Source: Nitrospirales bacterium
Lineage (GTDB): Bacteria; Nitrospirota; Nitrospiria; Nitrospirales; UBA8639
Reading direction: 5' to 3'
DNA length: 64,000 bases
Assembly: GCA_963555755.3 (NCBI GenBank)
Contig: OY820905.2
Coordinates: 2,944,001 to 3,008,000, forward strand
Part shown: piece after piece, positions 32,724 through 43,585 of the stretch
Numbering within the stretch: the first letter of the stretch is position 1
How the letters are laid out: the number at the start of each line of letters is the position of its first letter
Program-made: the position numbers and the translations under genes
The notes under the pieces: generated by a model
The model's database searches: none
Seen by the model: the letters and a program-made list of their open reading frames with translations, nothing else
What the model was told of the DNA's origin: nothing

Positions 32724-32963
32724 CTACGTCACGACGTTCCCTCCCCAGACCCCGCGTTGCGCCTTGCCAGTCAAGAGGCGCCGCAACCACAGGGCTGTGT
32801 CAGGGCCCAGGGGTTTAGCCTGCATGCCGACACGCAGTGTGGCCCCCAGCAGCGGCAGAAACTCGAACGCCTGTGTCGCTATATCACGCGCCCCGCCCTC
32901 GGCCACAAACGCCTGCGCCGTACTCCGGCCGGCGAGGTCGTCCTCCAACTTGAAACGCCGTAA
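32724..32963 (+). pseudogene. IS91-family transposase internal fragment
   Basis: GFSLHA...KLERLCRYITRPAL...G.V..QL.TP, characteristic of Y2 (IS91) transposases; ends at a premature stop. Confidence 0.75.
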
Positions 32964-33283
32964 CGAAAATCTGCAGTAGGATGAAAGCTACGTAATTATA
33001 CCTACTACTCCAATTCCAAAAAAATAGCAAGTGTCGTACAAGGGTTCCGGGTTTTGACCCTTCAGCAAAACAATTGTGGGATCGACTTTTGTGCGGGGGC
33101 GATTTTCGGGGGTTATGGTAGCCTAAATAATCACGGTGAGAAATTTAGTCAAAGTGAATCGGTTGGCTAGGTTGCGCCTGGGTTGCGGATTTGCGGACAG
33201 GTGACCCACTTTGGTCTATTCCTGTCCACATGAAATTGTTGACACACGCATGATTAAAGGCGATCATGCGGCTTTCCAGAAGA

Positions 33284-33328
33284 CTTCGGAACCGAGGGTT
33301 ACAGGTTCGAGTCCTGTCAGGCGCGCCA
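33284..33328 (+). repeat. tRNA-Arg 3'-half remnant 2 (att-like)
   Basis: CTTCGGAACCGAGGGTTACAGGTTCGAGTCCTGTCAGGCGCGCCA, 1 mismatch to 17358-17402. Confidence 0.95.
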
Positions 33329-33563
33329 TGAAATCAAGAACTTGTGAGGTATCACGACTCCCTACCATTCTGTTGATCGCAATTTATATTCCCCTGATGA
33401 TTTACAGGGGAGGAAAATATTCCGTGGACGGTTAAGAGAAAAACAAATCCCAAAAGACTCCCATTCTTCTTAGGAAAATCACCTTTGGGATGGTGATGAG
33501 TTTCTGGCTCGAACTATTTCTGTTGCCTGCCCAAAGGCTCCCTTCGTCCTTGTCCTATCCACT

Positions 33564-35969
33564 ATGAAGACCCTTTTAGCCTGGTGTTTTACAAACATTA
33601 CGAATAAATATCCCGGCACCATTTTGGCACTTGCCATCATGTTGAGCGGCCTGTCGGTTTATGCGGCCACCGGCCTGGCCTATAACTCGAGGATAGACAA
33701 CCTGCTTCCCCAGGATCTCCCTTTGATCCAGGAATTTAACGAAGTGGTCGCCAAAACTGGTGGGTCCGGCCCTTTGGTGGTCGTGCTGGAAGGGTTGGGT
33801 CTGAGCCAGGCTCCCCAGGTCATCGGTCAGTTGACGAAGACGCTGGAAAAAGTTCCCGGAACCCATTACGTCGATTCGCAGATTCCTAAGGATTTTTTAA
33901 ACAATCGCCAGCTCTTCCTGATTTCAAGGCAGGAACTGCTTCAACTCGAAATCCTCATCGAGGACGCGATCGATTACGCCCGCGGGCAACTGGGAGGCAT
34001 TTTTGTGAATGCCGAGCATTTCAACTCCGAAAAGCTGCAGTCGCTGGTCGAAGACTACAATATTTTCGGTGAATTCAATCCCTACCATAGAGGGAGAAGC
34101 AATACAAAATACTATATTTTCGTAAAGCCCAAGGGAACGGTCACGGATACGGAATTTACCGAACGGTTTGTTCATTCGATTCAGGAGGCGATTGATCGCA
34201 CCGGACTCGAAGAAAAATTTTCAGGCCTTAAGATCAACCTCACAGGTTCCCTGGTGGTTCGCCTGGAAGAAAATCAATTCATCCTGCGGGACCTCAAAAG
34301 AGCCGCTTTTTTGGCCGCTTTTCTGGTCACCTCCATGATCTTCATTTACACGCGGTCCTGGTTCTCGATTCCGCTTATTATTTTTCCCTTAATATTGTCG
34401 ATGACCTATACATTTGCTTTGACGCGGTTGATCATAGGGCATCTCAATATCATCTCAGGTTTTCTAGTGGCCATTCTCATGGGCCTGGGTATCGATTATG
34501 GAATTCATCTTTACATACGATTCAAACAGGAACTCCTTAAGGAAAATTCCATTCCCCGAGCGGCGGAGTACGTGGCCACCCATGTGGGGCGATCCGGTTT
34601 AATTGCCATGCTGACCACGATCAGCGTTTTTTCCATTTTGAGTTTTTCCGATTTCCGCGGCTTCTCGGAATTCGGTACAATCGCCACGATGGGGATCGTT
34701 TGCGCGTTTCTCACCTATTTTTTCGTATTTCCCGCCCAGGCCCTTTTTTACGATAAAATCCACTGGCTGGGAAAGCCGAAACCCAGGCTCTTCAACCTGA
34801 GGATTTCTAACTTCTATTCCAACATGCCCTATTTTCTTGCTGCCTCGTTTCTTCTTTTGATGGTGGGGAGCCTGTTCCTCCTCCCGGGAGTGGAGTTCGA
34901 ATATAACTTTCAGAAATTGCGCGGCGATTCCCCTGCGGGCGACTATGAAACGGCCAGCACGGACGATTTCGGCTTCGCTTTTTCTCCCACGGTGATCCTT
35001 ACTTCGACAAAAGATAATTTGTTCTACATTCATGAAGCCTTGCAGAAAATCAAGGAACAGAACGGAGACAAAAGCACGATAGGAATTCAGTACTCCTTGA
35101 ACCTGTTCAGTCGAAAGGAATATGAGTCTAAAAAGGAAATTCTTGACCGTATTCGGAAACGGTTTTACGAGGACAGCGACATAATTCGGTTTTCGCTGGG
35201 AGAGACCAGGTATCACCAGTTTGAGCAACAGTTGAACAGCGAACCTTTTGATGAGTCCGCCGTTCCAGGAAGCCTGGTACAAAAACTCAAGGCAAAAGAA
35301 GACTATCTATTGCTGATGTTTTCACCTTCGGATAAAAACTTTTTCAACGTGAAACATGTTTATCAATTGGCCCGGGAAATAGAAACGTTGAAGTCCCTGC
35401 TGGCGGACAGGAATATTCCCACATCCATAATGAACGAAAACCTTCTTGCCGCGAAAGTCCTGGACTGGGTCAAGGAAAAAGGCCCCAGGGCGATGGTCAT
35501 CGCTGTAATCCTTGTTTTTCTGATCCTGGTGATCGACCTGCAGAGTTTGACGCTTGCCCTCAAAACCTTCCTTCCGTTGTTTACGGGACTGGCCTTGACC
35601 GGCGCCCTCATGGCGTTTTTTCATGTCAAACTCAACTTCATAAATATCGTCATGCTTCCTTCCATTGTGGGGATCATGATCGGAAGTTGCGTCTATCTCA
35701 GTCACCACATCCTGGATTGCACTAATGGGGATACTCTTCGATCCGTACAGGAGACAGGCAGCGCCATCATCCTTTCGTCCCTGACCAGTCTGGCGGGGTA
35801 CGCGAGTTTGAATATTGCCCATCACGCGGGTATTCACTCCATTGCCACCATGGTGGAACTCGGAATATTGACCTGCACCGTTTGTACCTTGTTTATGCTC
35901 CCCGCGTTGTTCGAGATAGGTGCCCATAGGATTTCCTTTGACAAACATGGAACGACACCACCCGAATAG
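33564..35969 (+). CDS. MMPL/RND-family lipid transporter
   Basis: 801 aa with two TM bundles and large extracytoplasmic loops; GLGIDYGIH motif; HVKLNFINI...GI. Confidence 0.88.
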   Translation: MKTLLAWCFTNITNKYPGTILALAIMLSGLSVYAATGLAYNSRIDNLLPQDLPLIQEFNEVVAKTGGSGPLVVVLEGLGLSQAPQVIGQLTKTLEKVPGTHYVDSQIPKDFLNNRQLFLISRQELLQLEILIEDAIDYARGQLGGIFVNAEHFNSEKLQSLVEDYNIFGEFNPYHRGRSNTKYYIFVKPKGTVTDTEFTERFVHSIQEAIDRTGLEEKFSGLKINLTGSLVVRLEENQFILRDLKRAAFLAAFLVTSMIFIYTRSWFSIPLIIFPLILSMTYTFALTRLIIGHLNIISGFLVAILMGLGIDYGIHLYIRFKQELLKENSIPRAAEYVATHVGRSGLIAMLTTISVFSILSFSDFRGFSEFGTIATMGIVCAFLTYFFVFPAQALFYDKIHWLGKPKPRLFNLRISNFYSNMPYFLAASFLLLMVGSLFLLPGVEFEYNFQKLRGDSPAGDYETASTDDFGFAFSPTVILTSTKDNLFYIHEALQKIKEQNGDKSTIGIQYSLNLFSRKEYESKKEILDRIRKRFYEDSDIIRFSLGETRYHQFEQQLNSEPFDESAVPGSLVQKLKAKEDYLLLMFSPSDKNFFNVKHVYQLAREIETLKSLLADRNIPTSIMNENLLAAKVLDWVKEKGPRAMVIAVILVFLILVIDLQSLTLALKTFLPLFTGLALTGALMAFFHVKLNFINIVMLPSIVGIMIGSCVYLSHHILDCTNGDTLRSVQETGSAIILSSLTSLAGYASLNIAHHAGIHSIATMVELGILTCTVCTLFMLPALFEIGAHRISFDKHGTTPPE

Positions 35970-36084
35970 CCTGAGGGGCGTGATTATTCCAATCACCATG
36001 TTTCATAACGAAAATTCCTCCTGAGTTCGTTTCTGGAGGGCGGTTTTTTTGCTAAAATTTTGGTAAAGCGCCTCGGGTGCCTTT

Positions 36085-37158
36085 ATGTCAGACATTCAAC
36101 CTGATTTAAATTTTCCAATCCGAGAGGCCAGGGAAATTGTTAAGGATTTGATGGTTCCCAATTCTTTAATTTATTGGGCCGATTTTCTTTTTCATGTCTT
36201 CCTGGGTTGGGGAGCTTTTGTCCTGACTCTTCTGCCCAGCCCGTTTTCCTATTACCCGTATGTTTTTTTCATTGTGTCCTCCCTGGCTCTATTCCGGTCG
36301 GCTATTTTTATTCATGAGCTGACTCACCTCAAAAAGGACTCTTTTAAAGTATTCCGGATCGTGTGGAACGTGTTATGTGGTTTTCCTCTTATGATCCCTT
36401 CTTTTCTATATCAGGGGATTCATAACGACCATCATAAAAGGAATCTTTATGGTACGGAAGAGGACGGGGAGTATTTCCCCTTTGTGAAAGAGGGGAGATG
36501 TAAAATTATATTGTTTGTCATTTTTTCGTTTCTTGTGCCCGTCATTTTTTTCATCAGGTTCATTTTTCTGACGCCGATTTCCTATGTAAATAAAAAATTC
36601 AGGTCGTGGGTTTTGGAAAAGGTTTCGTCCTTTTGCATCGATTTGAGTTACCGGCGGACCTGGGCATCTTTAGCCACGGTTCCGATGTGGCAGGTTCAGG
36701 AAGCGGTGACCTGCTTGTATGGTTGGGCCTTCATTGTACTGGTGAGTATGGGAATATTGTCCATTGAGGTCTTGATATTGTGGTACCTTGTTACAGCAAC
36801 GGTTTTTTTACTCAATTCCCTGAGAACCCTGGCCGCACATCGTTACCGTCACCCCGGCCACAAAACCCTGGATTTTTCCGAGCAGCTCCTGGATTCGGTA
36901 AATATTTCGGAAAACCTTCTCGCTATCCTGTGGGCTCCTGTTGGACTGCGATTTCATGCGACGCACCACCTCATTCCGGAAATTCCTTATCATTCCCTGG
37001 GAAAGGCTCACCGGCGGATTCTTCAGGAGTTCTCGAGGAAGGATCTTTATGATCGAACCGCATGCCGAGGTCTGGGGGCTGCCCTAGGGCGCCTTTGGCG
37101 GGAGGCGGGACAGGGCTATTTCATATTAAAGTGTAACTTTATAGATAATAAGGAATAA
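36085..37158 (+). CDS. Membrane fatty-acid/sphingolipid desaturase-family protein
   Basis: Three His boxes HELTH, HNDHH, HATHH. The last 15 aa are contributed by the inserted ISAs1. Confidence 0.88.
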   Translation: MSDIQPDLNFPIREAREIVKDLMVPNSLIYWADFLFHVFLGWGAFVLTLLPSPFSYYPYVFFIVSSLALFRSAIFIHELTHLKKDSFKVFRIVWNVLCGFPLMIPSFLYQGIHNDHHKRNLYGTEEDGEYFPFVKEGRCKIILFVIFSFLVPVIFFIRFIFLTPISYVNKKFRSWVLEKVSSFCIDLSYRRTWASLATVPMWQVQEAVTCLYGWAFIVLVSMGILSIEVLILWYLVTATVFLLNSLRTLAAHRYRHPGHKTLDFSEQLLDSVNISENLLAILWAPVGLRFHATHHLIPEIPYHSLGKAHRRILQEFSRKDLYDRTACRGLGAALGRLWREAGQGYFILKCNFIDNKE

Positions 37159-37205
37159 TCGATTTAGGCTGGCTTTTTCTTTTCGTTTACGGCATACTCT
37201 TTTGC

Positions 37206-38953
37206 ATGCCAGACGAATCGCCAAGCGGACAGCCGGACATTGATCTGAGGCAAGTCGTGGTTCGCCCAATTGTCCGAGACGAAAAGGACGCCTTCAAGAC
37301 CCTTCTCGACAGACACCACTACCTCGGTCATGCCCCGCTGATTGGCCAATCGATACAATATCTCGCCTGTGTGCAGGATCGCTGGCTGGCCTTGCTGGTG
37401 TTTGCGGCGGCGGCCCTCAAATCGAGACCGCGAGACCACTGGATCGGCTGGCCCCCCTGTTTTCAATGGCAACGACTCCATTTACTGGCCAACAACACCC
37501 GGTTTCTCATGCTGCCGGGCTGTTCGCAAAAGAACCTCGCCTCGAAAGTCCTGTCGCTCTGCGCGAAACGGATCTCGGCCGATTGGCAACTGTACCACGG
37601 CTACCCCTTGCTCCTCTTAGAGACCTTCGTCGATCCTGCCCGCTTCACCGGGACCTGCTATCGGGCCGCCGGGTGGCACGAGCTCGGTCTGACACGAGGG
37701 TTTCGCAAGTCGAACACGTGTTATGTTCAGCATGAGAGACCGAAGCGCATCCTAGTCGTGCGGCTGCATCCCCAAGCCCGAGAGATCCTTGCACGCCCGA
37801 TGCTTGATCAGCCCTATCAGAAAGGAGAAGCGCCTCAGATGAGATTGAATACAAAACAGACGGACTCCCTCTTTACGTATGTGGTGCAGCTGACCGATCC
37901 CCGCCATTTGCAAGGGCAACGGCACACCCGACGCGCCCTCACGGCGATCATGTTCTGTGCCACCTTGTGCGGCGCGCGCGGCTATGAAGCGATCTCGGAC
38001 TGGGCCCAGCAGTTATCGCAGCCGATGCGCAAGCGGCTAGGCTGTACTCAGCGAGGGGGGCGCTACCTCGTCCCGAGCCGCAGCACTCTTTACCGCTTTA
38101 TCACGGCCGTCGACCCCTGTGAAGTCGATACCCTGCTCGGCCGGTGGCTGGACACCTTCGGCGGGGAGGATCAGGGCATTGCCATTGATGGGAAGACCAT
38201 GCGGGGGACGTCGAAGGTCCCAAGCGAACAGACCCACGTCCTCAGCGCCGTCACCCATCAAGCCGGGCGCCACCTCACCCAAAAAAAGTTCACTCCAAGA
38301 CCAATGAGATCCCCTGCGTGCGGCCCCTGTTAGATGCGCTCGAGATCGCAGGGAAGGTGATCACGGCGGATGCGCTCCTCACCCAGAAAGAGATTGCCGA
38401 GTACCTGGTGCACGAACGCGGCGCCGACTTCGTCTTCACCGTCAAGGGAAACCAGCCCACCTTGAAGCACGACATTGAGGCCTTAGCGTTGCGAGCACGC
38501 CGGTGCGATTATGCCACCACCGAGAAAGGCCATGGGCAGATCACGACCCGCAGGATCTGGTGCGATGACTCCCTGAATGCCTATGTCAACTTTCCTCATG
38601 TCCAGCAAGTCTTCTGCATTGAGAGGGAAGTGACGCATCTCAAGCAGGGCCTCACGACCGTCGAAGCGGTCTGCGGTGTCACGAGTCAGTCCAAAGACAA
38701 GGCGGGGCCGAAGACCATCCTCTCGCAAAACCGAAAGCATTGGAGTGTGGAGAATAAGCAGCATTATGTGTTGGACGTCACCTTTGATGAAGACAGGAGT
38801 CAGATACGAAGTCTCAATGGCCCAATGGTCATGACCTGTCTGAGACGCTATGCCATCAGTCTCTTACGCCTGAAAGGCTACACCAATATCGCGCAGGCGT
38901 GTAGACTGCTCTGGGGCAAGCCCCATTTAGCCATCCGCATGGCCCTGCCCTGA
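37206..38953 (+). CDS. DUF4338-ISAs1 transposase, two ORFs joined by a probable -1 frameshift
   Basis: ORF1 has HHYLG, NNTRFL, LETFVD...F.GTCYRAAGW, DPR and IAIDGKT.RG. A slippery A_AAA_AAG at 38281-38288 leads into the -1 frame with KTNEIP, ITADAL..Q, VKGNQP and HWSVEN..HY..DV.FDED. Confidence 0.88.
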
Positions 38954-39004
38954 AAAAGAGGGCACAAAAAACCTCATGGAATCCCTTGCTTATAAAAAGA
39001 ATGA

Positions 39005-40016
39005 TATGCCTTCCCATTTAACTAAGGTTGCTTCAGTTTATTGAATCCCAAGGGTTTTGAGCTGCTGGTCAGGATTTTCAACAAACTCTGGAAGGTACTC
39101 ATTGGAGTCTCACGGCGGTTATAGCGAAAGACAAACTCATCAAGATAGTGTTGCAGGTATTTTGAATCCACTCCATGGTGAATCCCGTTCAGCCAGGTCT
39201 GCAGATTGCCGAACGCTCTATGGATGTGTGGAGCGTGCTTCCCAGCACTTGCTGGGTCACCCTGGGTCCGTCTCAGGTGTTCGTATCCTGCCAAGGCTTT
39301 TGCCGAGTATCCCTTCCAACCATCGGACTTGATCTTACTGCCCTCAGCGACATGGCTATTGAGGAATGCTTTGATCTCGTTCTCTCCAGCGTCTTGAAGA
39401 ATCGCTAATCGTAAACGCCCTGCTTTCTCTCGAAAGTGATCCCCTTGTGTGTACGTGACAATTTCTACGGCTCCGGCTATTAACGTCTTGGTTTTCGCTT
39501 TCGCGACGCCACGGCCCGTTTTGCCTTTTACCGGTCCACCGATATGGGTTTCATCGGCTTCAACTGTTCCTGCGAGCCGTTCACGGTTCTGTCGTACCAT
39601 TCCTCGTCGCAATCTGTGGAGCAAATACCAGGCGCTATCCACCTTCTTGATACTGAGTTGACGCTGCAATTGCACAGCACTGATGCCAGGTGTGTGCGTG
39701 GAGACGAAATAGGCAGCCCAAAACCAAAGCCGTAGCGGCAAGTGCGATCTATGCATCACTGTGCCGCTTAGCGGTGATGTCTGTCTATGACACGACGAAC
39801 ACTCAAACCGGAAATATTTTTTGAGCCACCAACCACCGCGATGACCGCAAGCTGGACACATAAACCCGTCTGGCCACCGAATCGCCCGCAAGTACTCGAA
39901 GCACGCTTCTTCGGTGTGGAACCTAACAGAAAAATCCAAGATATCAGCAGCATACCCTGTGTCCATAGTCCAGCAGACTAGTCTAGGGACTAACCTTAGT
40001 CAAATGGGAAGGCATA
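39005..40016 (-). mobile_element. IS1595-family element (complete, 1012 bp); transposase 39022-39966
   Basis: 25-bp TIR with 1 mismatch, 8-bp TSD AAGAATGA (38997-39004 / 40017-40024), intact 314-aa Zn-ribbon + DDE transposase. Confidence 0.93.
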
Positions 40017-40177
40017 AAGAATGAAATGGCCCTGGAGGCGGGACCATTGCCCTAGTTTAGGAGGGATTTTAATGGTATGCTCCTTTTTCCCGTGAAGTCT
40101 TCCAAAGTAGCAGGTTCTCCCACTAAAGCCGTTTCTTTCTAACCCGAGCCCATTCAACCCTAATAGGATAAACAAAT

Positions 40178-41476
40178 ATGAACAAGTCGTTCCCCGATAC
40201 AGAAAGCGCCAAAAAAAAAGTACTTCAAATAAAGAAAAAATTTGATTTTGAAAATGGGCACCTAAACCCTTCCCCCAAAAACGATGAGAATATTCTTTCA
40301 AAATGCTTCAACCACACGGCCCCAAGCCAGGCAAGAGATTTAGGGATCTATCCGTATTTTCGTGAGATCGAGGAAACGGGCAGTTCCCATGTGGTGATCG
40401 GCGGCAAAAGGGTCGTTACCCTTTCCAGCAACAATTATCTTGGTTTGGCCAAGGATTCTAGGGTGATTGCAGCCGGGAGGGCGGCCCTTGAAAAATTCGG
40501 AATTGGGTGCACCGGTAGCCGGTTCCTCAACGGCACACTGACCTTGCACTGCACGCTGGAAAGGGAAATTTCCGGTTTTCTCAACCGGGAGGACACCATT
40601 GTCATGTCCACGGGTTTCCAGGCCAACCAGGGAACCATCGCCTGTCTTCTGGGAAAAAAAGATATCGCTTTTTCGGACCGTGAAAATCACGCGAGTATTT
40701 ATGAAGGGTGTGCTGTCTCCCCCGGCAAAACAATACGGTACCGCCACAATGACATGGAACACCTCGAATATCTCCTTAAAAAATATTCGGAGGTGAAAGG
40801 CAAACTGATTATCACCGACAGTGTTTTCAGTATGAGCGGCGATATCGCTAATCTCCCTGAAATCGTGAAACTGAGCAAAAACTACGGGGCCACGCTGATG
40901 GTGGACGAGGCCCACGGACTGGGCGTTCTGGGAGAAGGGGGGAGGGGAATATCCAATTATTACAATGTGGAAAAAGAGGTCGATATTTATGTGGGGACCT
41001 TTTCCAAAAGCCTTGGGTCGATCGGCGGATTCGTTTCCACGAAGGCCGGTGTCGCCGAATACATCCGGCACAAAGCCTCGGCTTTCATTTTTACGGCGGC
41101 TTTGCCGCCGGCATCGGTGGCCGGGGTCATTGCCGGTCTCGACATCCTGATCAATGACACCGAGCGCAGGAACCGGTTGCATGAAAATACGGCCTATATC
41201 AAACGGGCCTTCTTCGATATGGGCATCCAGGTAAATAATAACCCTGTTCCTATAGTGCCCATCCAGATCGGTGATGAGGCCGTTACCCTCTATTTAAACC
41301 GGCTCCTCTTCGACGACGGAATTTTCGCGGGCGTGGCCGTGTCGCCAGTGGTTCCTCCCTCAAAAGCCATGATTCGTACCAGCTATACCTGCGAGCACAC
41401 CCGGGAGGACCTGGACGGGATTCGCGATTCTTTCAAGAAAAATATAGAGCAATTGGGCATTCTCCCGCAGCAATGA
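40178..41476 (+). CDS. PLP-dependent alpha-oxoamine synthase, serine palmitoyltransferase-like
   Basis: GIYPYFREI, SNNYLGL, GCTGSRFLNGT, NHASI, DEAHG, GTFSKS (PLP lysine). Gene neighbours support SPT over BioF/Kbl. Confidence 0.82.
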   Translation: MNKSFPDTESAKKKVLQIKKKFDFENGHLNPSPKNDENILSKCFNHTAPSQARDLGIYPYFREIEETGSSHVVIGGKRVVTLSSNNYLGLAKDSRVIAAGRAALEKFGIGCTGSRFLNGTLTLHCTLEREISGFLNREDTIVMSTGFQANQGTIACLLGKKDIAFSDRENHASIYEGCAVSPGKTIRYRHNDMEHLEYLLKKYSEVKGKLIITDSVFSMSGDIANLPEIVKLSKNYGATLMVDEAHGLGVLGEGGRGISNYYNVEKEVDIYVGTFSKSLGSIGGFVSTKAGVAEYIRHKASAFIFTAALPPASVAGVIAGLDILINDTERRNRLHENTAYIKRAFFDMGIQVNNNPVPIVPIQIGDEAVTLYLNRLLFDDGIFAGVAVSPVVPPSKAMIRTSYTCEHTREDLDGIRDSFKKNIEQLGILPQQ

Positions 41477-42594
41477 CCTGTGAAATTAATAGGGTTGAAA
41501 CCCCCGCCGACATCAATCGATTTATTCGGATGCCATGGGAAATTTACCGTGACCACCCCTGCTGGATTCCCCCACTCATCAGTGAACGTAAAAGATTTCT
41601 GAATCCTAAACTCAACCCCTTCTTTGAGCAGGCCGAAGTGGACCTGTGCCTGGTCCTTTCCGCAAACCGGACCCCGGTCGGGCGAATCGCCTTTATCATG
41701 AACCACGCCTATAACCGGTTTCGCTCAGAAAAAACGGGGTTTTTCGGAATGTTCGAATCGGTCAATGAAAGGGAAGCATCCGGCCTCTTGTTGGACTGGG
41801 CCTTCAATCGGTGCCGCGATCGAGGGCTCGATCAGCTGGTCGGACCCGTCAATCTTTCAACCAACCACGAATGCGGTCTTTTGGTTGATGGGTTCAATAC
41901 GCCGCCCATGGTCGGAATTCCGTACAATCCTCCTTACTACAGTGACCTTCTTGAACAATGGGGTTTGAGCAAGGCGAAAGACCTCCTTTCCCTTAAATTA
42001 GAGATGACCGGAATTCCGGAATATCTGGAGTCGGCCATTTCCCGTTTGGTGAAAAGGAACCGTTTTTCCGTCCGGCCCATACGCTTGGACAGGTTTGAGG
42101 AGGAAGTCGATATCATGTGGGAGGTCTATAATGCCTCATGGAGCGCAAACTGGGGATTTGTCCCGATGAGCCGAAAAGAGTTTGTTTTTTCGATGAATGA
42201 GGTAAAGATATTCATTCAACCGGAATATGTATTGATTGCCGAGGTTGAGGATGAACCGGCAGGGTTTTCGTTGACCCTTCCCAATATCAACCAGGTGCTC
42301 AGGAAAATAAATGGGAGCCTTTTCCCTTTTGGGTGGGCCACCCTTTTATGGAATAAGAATAAATTAAATTCTTACCGGGTGGTGGCTTTGGGAGTGAAGA
42401 AAAAATATCGGCGTCTGGGCATTGACGCGTATTTTTATTATGAGATCTACCGGCAACTTCTGGCCGGGAATATCCCCTGGCTCGATATGTCCTGGGTGCT
42501 GGAAGATAATGAAGATATCCTGGCTCCCCTTCATCGAATCGGTGGGACGATATACAAACGGCACCGTATCTATGAACGTGCTTGCGCCTCTTGA
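41473..42594 (+). CDS. GNAT-fold N-acyltransferase, bacterial ceramide synthase (bCerS)-like
   Basis: 373 aa; GRIA, GFFGMFE, GP.N..TN.E.GLL.DGF, YNPPYY, NWGFVP, SWVLEDN; ATGA-coupled to the SPT-like gene. Confidence 0.75.
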   Translation: MTCEINRVETPADINRFIRMPWEIYRDHPCWIPPLISERKRFLNPKLNPFFEQAEVDLCLVLSANRTPVGRIAFIMNHAYNRFRSEKTGFFGMFESVNEREASGLLLDWAFNRCRDRGLDQLVGPVNLSTNHECGLLVDGFNTPPMVGIPYNPPYYSDLLEQWGLSKAKDLLSLKLEMTGIPEYLESAISRLVKRNRFSVRPIRLDRFEEEVDIMWEVYNASWSANWGFVPMSRKEFVFSMNEVKIFIQPEYVLIAEVEDEPAGFSLTLPNINQVLRKINGSLFPFGWATLLWNKNKLNSYRVVALGVKKKYRRLGIDAYFYYEIYRQLLAGNIPWLDMSWVLEDNEDILAPLHRIGGTIYKRHRIYERACAS

Positions 42595-43582
42595 GAACGC
42601 CACCGCGGTGGTGACCGGGGCCAGTGGTTTCATCGGCAGCCACCTGGTTGACTATCTGGTGGAAGGGGGGTGCACGGTTTACGCCTTAATCCGTAAAACC
42701 AGCGATCTTAAATGGCTGCGTCAATCGGACCGTGTCAAGCTTCACCTGGCCGACCTGACTCAATCAGACCTTTCCCTCCCTTTTCTGGACCAGGCGGATT
42801 ACCTGTTTCACTGCGCCGGGCTGACCAAAGCAAAAACAGAGGCGGAATATTTCAAAATAAACGCCGAGGGCTGCACCACTCTTTATGAAAACTGCGTGTC
42901 CACAGGGAAAAAGTTCAAGGCTATTGTTCACCTGAGCAGCCTTGCAGCGGTGGGTTCGGGAGAAGTCCACAAGGCGGTCGATGAAAATTCACCGTGCAAA
43001 CCGCTCACTTTCTACGGAAAATCCAAACTTGCCGGGGAGGAAACCGCTTTAAAATTCTCCTCCTCCCTTCCGGTGGTTATCATTCGTCCCCCGGTGGTCT
43101 ACGGTCCCAGGGAAACAGACTTTTTCACCTACCTGAAAGCCATCCAGAAAGGATGGAAGGTTAAAATTGGCCATGGCCCCCGGGAACTTTCCCTGATCCA
43201 CGTCCAGGACCTGGTGCGGGCCATGGTAGAGGCCGCGGTTCGTTTCCCCCGGGATGAGAATATCTTTTTCGTTACCGATGGGAAGGCTTATTCCTGGGAG
43301 GATGTGGCTGAAACCGCCATGCAGATACTGAATGTTCGCGCGAGAACCCTCGCCATTCCGGAATCGTTGTTTGCCGGGGTCGCGTGCGTCTCGGAAGCCC
43401 TTGCGTGGTTCGGTTCCACCGCCCCATTGATAGACAGGCAAAGACTGATTGATGTGCGCCAGAGTTCCTGGGTGGCTTCCCCCAAGAGATTTTTTGACCG
43501 TTATAATTTCCAGCCACAATATGACCTGGAAAAGGGGTTAAGGGAGACTTTGGCCTGGTATCAAGAGAACCGCTGGATGTGA
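42572..43582 (+). CDS. NAD-dependent epimerase/dehydratase (extended SDR), candidate ceramide/3-keto reductase
   Basis: VTGASGFIG, HCAG, SSLAA, YGKSK, RPPVVYGP. The likely start is ATG 42572, overlapping the upstream gene. Confidence 0.85.
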   Translation: MNVLAPLENATAVVTGASGFIGSHLVDYLVEGGCTVYALIRKTSDLKWLRQSDRVKLHLADLTQSDLSLPFLDQADYLFHCAGLTKAKTEAEYFKINAEGCTTLYENCVSTGKKFKAIVHLSSLAAVGSGEVHKAVDENSPCKPLTFYGKSKLAGEETALKFSSSLPVVIIRPPVVYGPRETDFFTYLKAIQKGWKVKIGHGPRELSLIHVQDLVRAMVEAAVRFPRDENIFFVTDGKAYSWEDVAETAMQILNVRARTLAIPESLFAGVACVSEALAWFGSTAPLIDRQRLIDVRQSSWVASPKRFFDRYNFQPQYDLEKGLRETLAWYQENRWM

Positions 43583-43585
43583 TCT

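Larger units (their letters stand above)
37111..40034 (+). mobile_element. ISAs1-family element with DUF4338(DruA-like) N-terminal domain, carrying a nested IS1595
   Basis: TIRs CAGGGCTATTTCAT (37111) and ATGAAATGGCCCTG (40021-40034); 9-bp TSD GAGGCGGGA (37102-37110 / 40035-40043). Confidence 0.88.

Noticed and set aside
38941..38952. GGCCCTGCCCTG as the right end of ISAs1
   Set aside because: No target duplication follows it. A better TIR plus a 9-bp TSD lies at 40021-40043.
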